Source: Pelomyxa schiedti
Lineage: Eukaryota; Protista; Evosea
Assembly (NCBI GenBank): GCA_020536535.1
Contig: JAHLWZ010000150.1
Location: 1-64,000 of the forward strand
Reading direction: 5' to 3'
DNA: 64,000 nt
Below the pieces are notes generated by a model, which saw only the letters and a list, made by a program, of their open reading frames with translations, did no database searches and had not been told where the DNA came from. Shown here one piece after another: positions 49,793 to 61,463 of this stretch (position 1 is its first letter; every line of letters begins with the position of its first letter). Both the position numbers and the translations under genes were made by a program.

Positions 49793-51156
49793 ATGGCAGC
49801 GGCGGGAGGTCGACCCACAATTTCGATTGAAAGGCTCGAGGGTGACTTCATGACCTTCATGTTGGCCAATGCCGACACTTCCATGGCAAATGCACTCAGA
49901 CGGTACTTTTTTTTTTTGTTTTTCCATCCCATAGTTTTTTGTGCCTTTGCACTGTTACTTTGCTGCTATTGGTACCATCGTAACACTTTTTTTTTTTTTT
50001 TTTTTTTTCCCCCGCCCGTTTAGAGTCATGATTGCTGAGGTGCCAACTATTGCCATTGATCTTGTGAACATCATCGAGAATTCATCAGTGCTTTGTGACG
50101 AATTCATCGCACACAGGTTAGGTTTGATCCCCCTTGTGAGCCGTGCGGTTGACAGGCTTCTTTACACACGAGTGAGTGGGTCGAACCTAACTCAAACTAT
50201 GCGAAAGCAAACACAACCCAAATAAAATTCACACCAAATGCAAGGACTGCACGACGTGTGTGGATCACTGCCAGCTTTGCTCTGTTACTTTTACGCTTGA
50301 TGTTGAGTGCCAGGGAGACATTCCGTACCAAGTGACATCAAATGACTTGCATTCTAATCACCGCGAAGTCAGCCCTGTTCAATCGTAGAACCCTTTCACG
50401 CCTGTAGTAGTACCAGAATAATTCTCTTATAGGTTGGATACGCGTCCTGGTGCTGCGCAGGATGCAGAGCCTCCCGGTATACTGATTGTGAAGTTGAAGC
50501 GAGGGCAACGTCTGCACTTGGAGCTTGTCTTTTTGAGCTGCGATGATATCAACTAACTCTACCTAGGGCAATCGCAAAGAAGGGTACAGGAAAGGAGCAC
50601 GCAAAATGGTCCCCTACCTGTTGTGTGACATATCAATTTCAACCCGATCTTCATTGGAATCACGCCCTCATTAATCAAATGACCGATCAACAACGTGAGG
50701 ACCTGTGAGTACCCTCCCTTTTTCTTCTTCTCTGCCGGTATTTACCAACATTAACACCCAAACCAAGAAAAGCAAGCTGCCCCACAAAGGCATTGGGTGT
50801 TCCAAGCCAAGGTGGGTCTGAATATGGCCAACTCAACTTCGACCCTATTGAGGCAACAAATACTGACAGGCACTGCATGTTCTGTGATGAATGCGTTCAC
50901 TACTGCGACCTCATTGGCAAAGTCGGTGCTTTGAAAGTATCACAGAAGACTGACAAATTCCTTTTCACATTAGAAGTGAGCAGTCCCAACAACAAAAATA
51001 ATTTTCAGTGTAACCGTTACAACATTTGCTTTTCTTTTACAGACTACAGGGGCTCTTTCTCCCGAAGAAGTTTTACTGGCTGCTCTGCAAGTCTTGAAAA
51101 ACAAACTTGAGACTGTAAAGGCCTCACTTGTTGAGAATGAATCCGGCAACTTGTAG
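49793..51156 (+). CDS. RPB3: RNA polymerase II subunit RPB3, paralog 2
   Basis: ANALRR|[72 protein letters not shown]; same six intron positions as paralog 1. Confidence 0.92.
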
Positions 51157-51310
51157 ACCTTCAGTATTAGTCAGAATGCCACCATCAGCTCGGCTTAGTC
51201 TATGACCTGTGTCTGTGAAGCATCAACTCAAAAAAAAAGTAAAAAAGTAATAACTCCATGTGAACGACTAGCCACAAGAAGACAACAAAGTTTTGCAAAC
51301 AATTTGGGAA

Positions 51311-53940
51311 TCAAAAAAAAAAAAAAAAAACCTTTGAACTTGAATGTCTTTGTGCCAACTTATACATGGGGTTTGCCCACATAGTACAGCCTTGAAAAAC
51401 TGTGGTAGGTAAAGAACAGGAGTAAATATGAACGAAAGCGCACAGATTGACCTCAGATTCGAACCAAGAAGAGAGGTCAAATAGGGAAATGTTACTTTCC
51501 ACACAACGTCCTGAGTGCAAATATGATAGAAATATTTGCATGTCTTGTGCAAAATGAAACTCGTTGTGAGGGCCGAAAGAAGGCCTTACTTGGCTTAAGG
51601 AAATGAGATCATGGGGGTTCAGATGGCAGAATATCAGTAACCAGATGTCAACAGGCACATTGAAGACCAAGTGCTTTGTGATCACAAAGCAATACACATC
51701 TCCAACTGGAGCTGTGGCCTGTATGCCACCATAAACGAGCAGGGAATTATTCCGCGGTACATGCACAACAGAAAAAAACTTGTAGAATTCCCTTGGTTAG
51801 ATTAGCCTAACAGTTAAGTACCTGTCGTGGGTCCAAACTTGCTGTGGTGACCAATAATCTTTTCCACTGTAGAGTATCTAAATCGAGCCTGACTGGGAAG
51901 TGAGTGGTTCACCAATGAACTTTTACGACTACAAGAACATGGAGAAAGTAGTTTCTTCTTCACAAGAGCAAGCCAGGACAAATTGGTGGCCATTTACTAA
52001 ACAACCCACACCCTGGTGGCGTGCTTCCGGGCCTTCCCCAGTTGTGCTGTGGATAACCCACTCAGGGGATGGATCCTTCATTGATAGACTCCACATATCC
52101 GTAAGATGTGCATGAGGGCCACTCGATCCTCCATATATGAAAAGCCTTTCTCTTTTTATTTTCTGTAGGATAATGTATGAGGCAGATAAATTTAAACCTG
52201 TAGCAAAAGGATGAGTGATGATATCGTGATGGAGGGACAGGAGGCACATCCTGCTGGCATCCCAACCAAATTTTGGACGTTAAATCAAATACTGTTGGAA
52301 ATTTTTATTGGGAATAATAGTTAAGATGCGAAAAAAACCGTGTAGTAATTGTGTGGGTCCCAGGGTTCTAGAGAAACCTCCAAAGAGGTATAACTTGCCT
52401 TCATAACTATACGAATAATTAAGTGCAAGCAAATCAAGGGGGCAAACCAAGAAAGTGAGGCACCGTAACACATCCCCGGAAATGAGGGTCCCACTGAACC
52501 TGCGCTCTCCCACAAAATGTGCCAGAGACCAGTATTTACATCCAACATGGAGAGGCAATGGGTACATGTACACTGAGAATCAGGGGAGGCAGCCCAGTGG
52601 GGGCACATTCCTCCAAAAAGATAAAGCTTGTTTTCAATTGAGCACTGAGCTGCAAAGTGCCATTCGATAGCTCTGCTCACGTGGAGGTCATCACGAAGTA
52701 ATTGGCGTACATTCGCTCCCAGTGGGTCTGTCCACGCACCCTCCTGAGGAGGTTGTTTTGTCCAGTGATAAACAAGCGGGGTGCTCCAATTGCGTGTGTG
52801 CAATTCGAATCTGGCCACGTCACTATGAAGCCCAGAGCTATCTCGCCCTCCGATAATGTACATTGTATCCCTATAAAATCCGCAGGTGTGCCCGTAACTG
52901 AATTATTAATTAAGTGCACTTAGATCTTGGCTGATATGGAGTTTCCAACCTGGGTCTCAGTTGGTGCAGACATAACGGTTCCCAGAAATACTCTTCCTGT
53001 GCATTCTTTGCACACTGAGAACTGATTTCCAAAGCCGTTTCCTTTGCAATTTCTGCCACATTTAGGGTTGAAGAATTTGGTGGAGATTGGCATGGCTGTG
53101 TGGAGGTCACAGATGGCTGGCCAAAGAGTTTAGAAACAAGCTCCGCAATATCTGCAAATAACCCTTGGTCACTGTAAGTATGAGAGACTCTTTCTGTGAT
53201 GAGTATTCTTACCCCGAGTAGGGGCAGGTACAGGTGCACTGGAATGTATCTGGAGTAGCTGAAGGATACAATCTGACAGCTGTTTAACACCGCGATCAGT
53301 TCGCACTTCAATAAAGTAGTAAGCGCTAATCGTACGTGCAACCTAGGAGAATATTATTACATGCGGAAATTTTATAGGATGATACTGCAATAGCTGTTGC
53401 ATAGTAAGTAGACTGGTAGTAGTAATTCGAGTAGAAATTTTCTGGAACAAGACCAACCAGAATTATCTTTCGGGCTACGTTTCGTGTGAGATCAATGGAC
53501 ACCTTGAGGAGTAAATAATAAAGAGCGTAAGAAAATAAATTACCAAACGGGCCTGCTCTAGGCTTCGGTCAGAGGAAACATCGAAGCACACCAACAAAAC
53601 TGCGAACCCAGGCGCTTGTCTGTATACAGCATAGGCCTCGAGACCTCGAAATAAACAAACGCAGTAAGTAAGTATGAGTAGAGAACTGGCACCTACCGAC
53701 CAGTGAATAAGCTGAGAGATGTGAGTTGGAAAAGAGATCCTGCGACGTTGCATTCGTGGTAGTGTTTCGTCTGTTACTAATTTCTTCATTGACAGCAGTT
53801 CCCGGATCGACTCGCACAAGTTGAGCAATTAGCCTCTCCTGTTGGCAGAGTTTAGAATTGTGGACCCACAACCAAGACTGACAGCAAACCCTTTCGGCCC
53901 TTGCCACCCCCACAACCGCCACCCGGAATCCTTCACTCAT
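51311..53940 (-). CDS. Degenerate Ras-superfamily GTPase domain plus Kelch repeats plus C-terminal F-box (3' end approximate)
   Basis: FRVAVVG, LLVCFDVSSDRSLEQA, IILVG; Kelch MYIIGG, LYLFGG twice, FIYGG, LVYGG; F-box VPVDIWLLIFCHLNPHDLISLSQ|VCKYFYHICTQDVVW. Confidence 0.7.
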
Positions 53941-54239
53941 CCTTCTGCCCCAAAAAAAACCTCCTTCCTTTCTCCAATCAGATTCCACACCCGTCGGACG
54001 GGTGAGAGTAAGGGAATCCCACTCGCAACAGTCTCAGAGCGGAATCTATAGAATTAGGACTTCCAGCTCTGTTGGGAGTGCCGCACACATAAACCCGACT
54101 ACCGCAAGCTCGAATCTAATTGTGGGACTTAATTTGGTGCTCGAGTACAGTAAAAGGAGTTTTGTGTGGGTATTTATGTTGGTTTATTGAGTTACACAAA
54201 GACACTCATGTTACTGTGGCCGTTCTTTTAAAACATTTA

Positions 54240-57200
54240 TCAAACTAGTGGAGAGGTATAAGTAAAACGTAGGCAGTGTGTAATAAGGTGGGGAGCATAC
54301 CACATTTTTATATCAGTGCTTGTGTTGCTGCTTGGTTTGCTCCAATAGAGTTTGAACAACTCCAGGGGAGAATTCCGCACACAACGAAGAATACATGTCA
54401 CAACAATAATGTTCAGATACAAACGTCTGTTGAACCTCCATCACTTTTGTTTTTACTTGGACCTATTTCTTCAGGGTGAGAGAGCTAAAATCGGGAGAAG
54501 CATGTTTACATTGTGTTCTTGTCCTCCCTCATACCACCACATGAGAATAATCTCTTCAAATCGTAGTAGAATCTGCATTCCTATTAATATCGAGTGCACT
54601 TGAAGTCAAAAATCTACCGCTGTGTACACATTCCCTGGAGCAGAGGCAATCCACATGTTGTCACTTGTTGGATTCTCAATTTCATAGCTCACACCGCCAA
54701 GCAAGACTTGTTGTGTAACGCCAGGATCACACTTATGTACCCGAGCTATGGAATTTAAATCGCCACTGCTTGGTTTCCATGAACCGGGATTGGTTAGGAT
54801 GGCTTGTGGTGGGCTGGTTGAAAGCACGGCATAGTATATTTGGGGAGGTGATGCTGAATCAGGTGAGAGAATTGTTACATGCATCTTCTAGGTGTGAAGT
54901 TAGTTTTTTTCTTAGTCATTATTTGGGATGTGTACATCGAGCCAAGATCTCCATTTTGAGAAATGGTTAATAACTGCCAGTCTCCAATCACTAGTAGTGT
55001 AAGACTGATTAGGAAAAGGTTTTTCACACACAAATCGGGATTTGAAGCACATAATGGTTGCAAGTGGGGAACAAATCTGGAAAATGGTGACAAATAAGGA
55101 CAAAAGGAAGAAAAACGAACTTTGAATATTGAGAGCACTTTTGTGAGGTGTTGTACCAGTGTTTGCAAGTCATTGCGCAGACATTGACTTCTTTCACTGA
55201 GAGATATCTTCGAAGGTTTTGTCAGGATGATTTGGGGGAATGGAAGGCAACTTGAAAACTATCCTTAAAATATTTACAGGTAAACATTGTACATGCTGAG
55301 AATTTTCATTTGAAGTATTACCCCCAGCAGCTGCAAGTAAGTGGCTGGTTGTGGAAAAAGGAGGTGTGTGATTTGTTGCAACCTAAAGCTTTAGTTCAAA
55401 AAAAGGAGGGCTTTCCAACAAGCAATTTTTTTTTTAGAAATGAGTAGGGATTAACCTTGAAGGGTGTGGCATAGGGATACCACATGCTGGGTTGTTTTGG
55501 GTCCAGTCCAACGTGAAGTAAACTGCTCACAGCAGAGTCAAAACCATGGGCCGCTAGATGCAATAGTGAATATTTTGCTCCAGGAGTGTTGAGATCCACT
55601 CCCGGAATCGAAATTGTATGTGCAAACAACTGTGGACAAAACATTAACAGATGCAATAAAGTCCATCCACTTGTGGTGGCAGCACTCAAAGTACCACGAA
55701 GGTGATTGGCATATGCGGCGGCAGCAGAAGCCGCAGCAGCCTGACCTGCCTCAGCTGCCGCTTTCACAGAAAGGTCATACTTGCTGATAGCAGCTATGAA
55801 GTCCCGTACAAGCACAAAGTCCCCAGTGGCCATGGCCCAATAAAGGGCATTTCTTCCAGCCCGGTCTCTCATCGCCACATCAATGCCATTGCATGACAAC
55901 ATGAAGCGCACGACTTCACTGTTTTTGTTTTTGACTGCCATAATCAAGGGTGTCTCCCCGTCATACGAGCAACTGGCATTGATGTTTGCACCAAGGGAAA
56001 TTATATCCCTTGCCACTGTGGCTGATTTAGCATAATGCAGTGGTGTTTTCCCCCACTGGTCCAGCCGTGTTGCGTCACAACGTGTGCGTGCGGCACTGTT
56101 TACAATCATATCCAGAACATCTGTCATATTATTTTCAACCAGGGAAAAAAGCAAGTCCGTGATATTGGATCCAAGGGAGATCAACTTGGGGATAATGTTA
56201 AAATGTTTACTGTGCATTGCAATTAATGCGGCCGCTTCCAAGAAAATTGGATGAAGTACTTCCGGGTGCTCAAGGAGTAAATCCACAATGTGGTAGGAAG
56301 AGGGAGAATTTAGTCGCCAGACGGCAAGTTGTAATGCGGTTTCGGCATCCTCAGCCAAAGTATTAGGCCTCACAGTTGGTGCTGAAAGCAAAATTTTGAC
56401 GGCATTTTCGTCATAATTTCGCACTGCATGATGGAGAGGGGTAAAGTTATGGCACAATAAATTTGGGTCAAGCCGATCACACTGGAGCAGAACCTGCATG
56501 GTGGAGTAGTTGTGCCATTTAACTGCAATATGCAAAATGGACTCCCCCACAGTGGAGAGGATATTTGGGTCAATTGACGGTGTCTCAAGTCCGACTTTAA
56601 TAAACTCGGTAGCAAGAGGATCATTTAGCGATGCTAAAGCGTGGAAGATGGTAAACCCAAGAGAACTTTGCACAGTAACCGAAGCTGGGTAACGTTGACA
56701 TAGGATCTGGAAGTGCGGAAGGGATCTAGCGTATATGTATGTATAATGTGCAACACAGCGACCTCTTGTGTCGCGGTTGCAGAGTACTTGTTTTGCTCCA
56801 TGTGATATAAGTGCATCAAGGCACTCTACATTCCCGGCCTGTGGAGCGAATTAACATAGAATCACACACAAAGACTGCTCACAAGGATGGCTAGATGACC
56901 AACATTCAAAAAGGAGTGATTTTGAACAGGAGGTATATCCTGCGTAGAATCTCTGTTACAATAAAAATAGAAGAAAAGGTACTAACAGAAGTAGCCGATC
57001 GGTCCAAGAGTAGTTTAAGCATCTCTAAGTTACCCGTGAGGCAAGCAAGGTGAATGGGTGTGTTCCCCTTGTCATCTGGATCCAATACTGATTGAGGGGT
57101 TGCCTTGACGCTTGCAACGGGAATATTCCCCGTGAAAGCTGCAGAAAATAACTGTGGTAGGTTTAGATTGATAACCACACACTGTATTTTGACTTTTAGT

Positions 57201-58710
57201 TATTATACGTGGGATTATACGTTAGGTGCAGTGTTCTTCATGGGAGAGTAGGAACCCTTGGGACCCGAGTAAACAAGGCCCTCAGAAAGTAGTTTGTGAA
57301 AATAAGACATCTCCATGGCATGAACAGCCACAACCTCAATTGGAACCAGTGACCTTTTTAGTCTCTGTAGTATAAAACTGGGAAAAAAACCATATTTAGT
57401 CTGGGGAAAAAGAGACTATGGGCAGGAATACTTTAATCTGGCTTTCAGAAGTTCAATCACTGATGTAGTGCTGGCTTGTGAATTTGACGATTTGGGCAGT
57501 GAATTGATCACTTGCAACACCTCCCCAAATGAGCTTCCATTGATGGAAAGGGAAGGAAAAATCATACAATTTGGACAGATTTTGGTAAATCTTTCAGTGG
57601 ATCAGCATCCTTGGCCAGAAGGGGGTGATTTTCGCGTGCTTCATTAGAAGCTAACTGGGAAAATTCCGTCATGGCCTGTCCCCAAGGAGAAAAGTCTTTG
57701 ATATCTGCTACTTCAACACAGGACCTAGCTTCACCCTCAACGGGACTGGTTTCAGTGGACTTGGTCTTGTCATGTTCCAACCAAGATTGCCGTAGGATAT
57801 TGCAGGAGGCGGTGATTTCCGCCAGGAGCTTGTTCAAATCAGTTATGGGTGCACTCACAACAGCATGCGCGCTCTTGACTCCGGTTCCGCCGGGCACAGC
57901 CGAGCCGCTGGGGTTCGGCGAAGACGACGTCGACGCGGAGGAAGCCGCCGGGGGGTTCTTCTGGGCTCCCTTTGAAAACGCGGCGGCGGCGTTGGCGAAC
58001 ATCGTAGCCATGTTGAGCACGCTGCCGGTCCGCTTGTGCTCTGATTTGGGAGGCGGCTGGGGCGTCGGCTGCGGAGTCGGCTCGGCGGGCTTCTCGATGT
58101 TCATGCTCGATATCAGCTGGTTGATGTTGGTGCTCCTTCTCCTCGCGTGCCTCGATGTCGGGGCATCTGCCCCGGTCGTGCCGGTTGGCGTCGAAGCGGT
58201 CGCCGTGGGGGTGGGGGAGGGCGGCCGGGCTGCCGGGTTCGCGATTGTGGGTGTGGTGGTGGTGCTGGCCTGAGGAAAAGTCGAAGGCGAGGGGGTAGAG
58301 GAAGAGGGAGAGGGGTTATTATTATTAGACGAGGGAGTGGCGAATTTGCTAAACAGGGTGTCGAACTTGGCACTCCTTCGTCTCGAGGCCGAGCCGCTCG
58401 ATCCCAGGGAAGCGAGGCTCCCGTCCCCCGAGTCTGCGCTCGAGTTGGATGTCGACGACGACGCGGTGGTGGCCGACGCCGACGCGGACGCCGAGGCACT
58501 TATGGGATTGGCGGTGCCGACGGGGCTGATGCGGCGCGTGTGGTGGTGGTGCTTGTGCTCCTGCGACGCCGAGGACGCGGTGGGGAGCGGCGGCGTGAGT
58601 GCAGGCGACGACGAGGCGGCGGAGGGGGACGGCGCGACGACGGCAGCGGGGCCGCGCACGACCGCAACGCCCCCCTGCGATCTGCGGCTGCTACCTTCTC
58701 GGAACGACAT
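54240..58710 (-). CDS. Large ankyrin-repeat protein with a low-complexity N-terminus (joining of exon blocks inferred)
   Basis: GNTPIHLACLTG, GESILHIAV, FTPLHHAV, GKTPLHYA, GETPLIMAV, GRNALYWA within 55396-57178; flanking ORFs appear to splice in. Confidence 0.6.
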
Positions 58711-58927
58711 TTTGTATGGAATAAAACTTATTGGTTAATCTGGGTGTTTATCTGCGCGTCTGTTGGTATTACTCTATCCAGAAGCGGTGCACCGCGCGAA
58801 CCTTTCGCCATCTATTTGGATAACGCTGTTCCCATTCTTCACATTCACGACCACAACTCGAAAAGTCCCCCTTTTGTTGTTTTTGTTCCATTCTCCAGTT
58901 TCACCCCACTCTATCAGTCCCATTTTG

Positions 58928-59538
58928 TCACGTCGAAGTCGTCCTGGCTACTGCCTCGCGGAGTGCGCCCAAGTCCACGGGCGTGTTGATCTCCTCGGGG
59001 CTCTCGTAGTGGGTGATGGTGCCGCCGCCGTCCACGACGATGGCTGCCCTGGCCGACACCCTGAGGTCCTCGACCAACAGCCCGTAGCGAGTGATCATGC
59101 CGCACTTGAGGTAGTCGGAGCACAGCTCGACGTTGCTTATCTTGTGCTCCTCCTGGTACCTCTTCTGCGCAAATGGCAAATCCGCGCTGCGTTGTGTGAG
59201 TCTGACACTATTATGGTATATTCCATCCACTCTCTTGCATTTATGTTTATTATTAGCTTCTCACACTAATATTTACACAACTCAAACCTTACTACAGCAA
59301 CGTGAACTTTGTCCTTGGGCCACTCCTTTGCCATGTTGTCAAGCTCCACAGTCTGGTTCTTGCAAACGGCAGTATCCAAAGACGGCACCGCGTAGATCAC
59401 ACAGCACTTCCCCTCAACAGGCAGAGTCACAGGTGACAACCCAGGATCAACCAAACCACCCACGCTCGGCGCACGCCCTCCTAATGCGATATCTGGGGCT
59501 GCCGCCACACTCACCTTCTTGCCATTGAATGTCTTCAT
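58928..59538 (-). CDS. tpx: Thiol peroxidase (Tpx-type peroxiredoxin), one intron (59187-59287)
   Basis: AVPSLDTAVC, VVS|ADLPFAQKR, SDY, YGLLVED, ARAAIVVD, matching the bacterial Tpx signature. Confidence 0.9.
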
Positions 59539-59788
59539 TTGTTTGAAAGGAATTGAATGACTTGCTGTTTGTTCTTTCTATCTACTTCACTCTTTTTTCT
59601 AGTGGACAAATGGACACCTTTATGGAGGCATGAGGTTGTTCAGGCTTAGTGGTGGTTGTTGTGTTTGTTCAAAAGGCAAAGAAAGGCCAAAAGAAATATG
59701 TATTAGTGGTCTATGAACAAAGCCAAAATCCAAAATTACTCCTCCATAAACGAAGGGGTGTGGCTTGCAAAAAGGTGCCTAGAATCCT

Positions 59789-60878
59789 CTAGGACAAAGA
59801 CAGTGCCGCACTCGAATTGGCCACAGCTCTAAGTATGCTGTTGTGGAGCTCATGAGGCTCCAAAGAGGAAGGAGCTTGCTCAGCCTTCAGGGCTAGTGGG
59901 GACAACAACAGAGAAGGGGAGCCGGATGGTGGCGTATCGTTTGGTGAAGATGTAGCTGGTGGGTTGGTATTGAGGGGCGTGGGGACTGAGCTAGTGCAGT
60001 GAGGAGTGGGTGATGCCGGGACTGTAGTTGGAATTACATTTAGTGTACTGTTGACACCTGACGGGTAATTCAAAACATTCTCAATACTATTCGTGCGTCT
60101 CTTGGCTTCCTTTTCTTGTCTAAGTCGTTTAGAAAACTGGAGACCACATGCATTGCATAATCTGGGATGCTGTTAGGATAAATAAGAGTGGGAGTGATCC
60201 CGTACGTGTTTGGCCCATCTTTTCCGCGTCTCCACTCAGGTGTATTGGAGGTTCCACACTCGGCACATTGCAGTGGCTTTTTTACTGGAGGACGACCTCT
60301 CTTTCTTCTCATAGGTCCGCATTTCTCATCCAGAGGCACTTGTTGCAAAGACATGGAAGCGGGTGACAGAGATGGTGCAGAATCCGAAGCCGCTTCTGTT
60401 GCACTGGCACCCAATGCAAGGAAGGGAGTCACAAGGGGCCCATACTGTGTGCGTGGCATTGCAGTCCTGCGAGAATGACCACCGCCATTAATAGTGGATG
60501 ACGCGGATCCTTGAGGGAGGGTCGACGGAGGTGGTGGAGGAATAGTGACGGGATTTTCTTCTTCCTCCTCGGGGCTGTTGGCAGGAGGCTGAGTTGCATT
60601 TAGCAAGAACTCGGTGCAAAACTCTCGACCATAGACGTTAGCGGCCGGGGTGCGTGATTGCGTTTCCTATGGTTGTGTAAGGAAATTATGAGAGAATAAG
60701 CGACACCAACCGCACTCAGGTGCATGTGACCCCCCACAAGAGTAGCAGCTTTAAGCTCACGGATCTCGGCAACAAGTCTTATAGCTAGCATCTCAGTCAT
60801 TTCCAATTCAGTCGAGGTAATAGGTCTAATTTGTCCTTCCTTGGCAATACGCAAAACGACCTCGGCAATGGGTGTGAT
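59789..60878 (-). CDS. GATA zinc-finger transcription factor (5' end unresolved)
   Basis: CAECGTSNTPEWRRGKDGPNT|LCNACGLQF, a type IV C-x2-C-x18-C-x2-C finger split by an intron. Confidence 0.85.
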
Positions 60879-61463
60879 CTACGTGACATGACAAGTTAGC
60901 AGGGTGTTTTTGCTAGTGTTAATTACATGGAGGAAAAAAACAAAACACGACACAACATGCCAAGGTGTCAAAAAGTTAAGATGCCAAACGAATACCATTT
61001 TGGTCCACGTGTCTTGCTGCGCCCACATTTCGACAACCAGCTTGTACCCGTGTTTGTTTTATTTTGCTTGGTTGAAATTTTGGACAAAAATTGTCACTTC
61101 GACGCTAAGTTCTGTGTTTTGGAGATTACCGTTTCCGGTCCATCGTGCACATTTTTCCTCAAAATTGCCTGTTTTTTGGATTTTGTGGTCGATGCTTTTA
61201 TCGCTGAATGTGAGTCGGGTGCAAAGCCGGGCCAGGCGAGATCGAAAATGCAGATTCCACGAACAACAGGAAATTCCACAACCCACGTTTGGCAGCAACG
61301 TGCGCTAATGCCCTGGGTTTTTCTGGGCCAAACGACTCCGGAAGTGGCTTACTCTGCTGTGTAGATTTGGTGGGTTTGGTTGTTTATTCGATTCTCGTGA
61401 CTTCAGGTAACAGGGTTGAGAATGCCTTCACTGGTTTTTGAACTGGTGTGGAATTCTACTTTC

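Noticed and set aside
47058-51156. One RPB3 copy being the Pol I/III subunit AC40
   Set aside because: Both have the RPB3 Zn loop, KGQ...AKKG and EHAKWSP, and share all intron positions.
5333-53978. CCAAT boxes upstream of several genes (5333, 12873, 31420, 34998, 53974)
   Set aside because: A few such matches are expected by chance in 64 kb, and one also occurs inside SHQ1 coding sequence; no TSS data.
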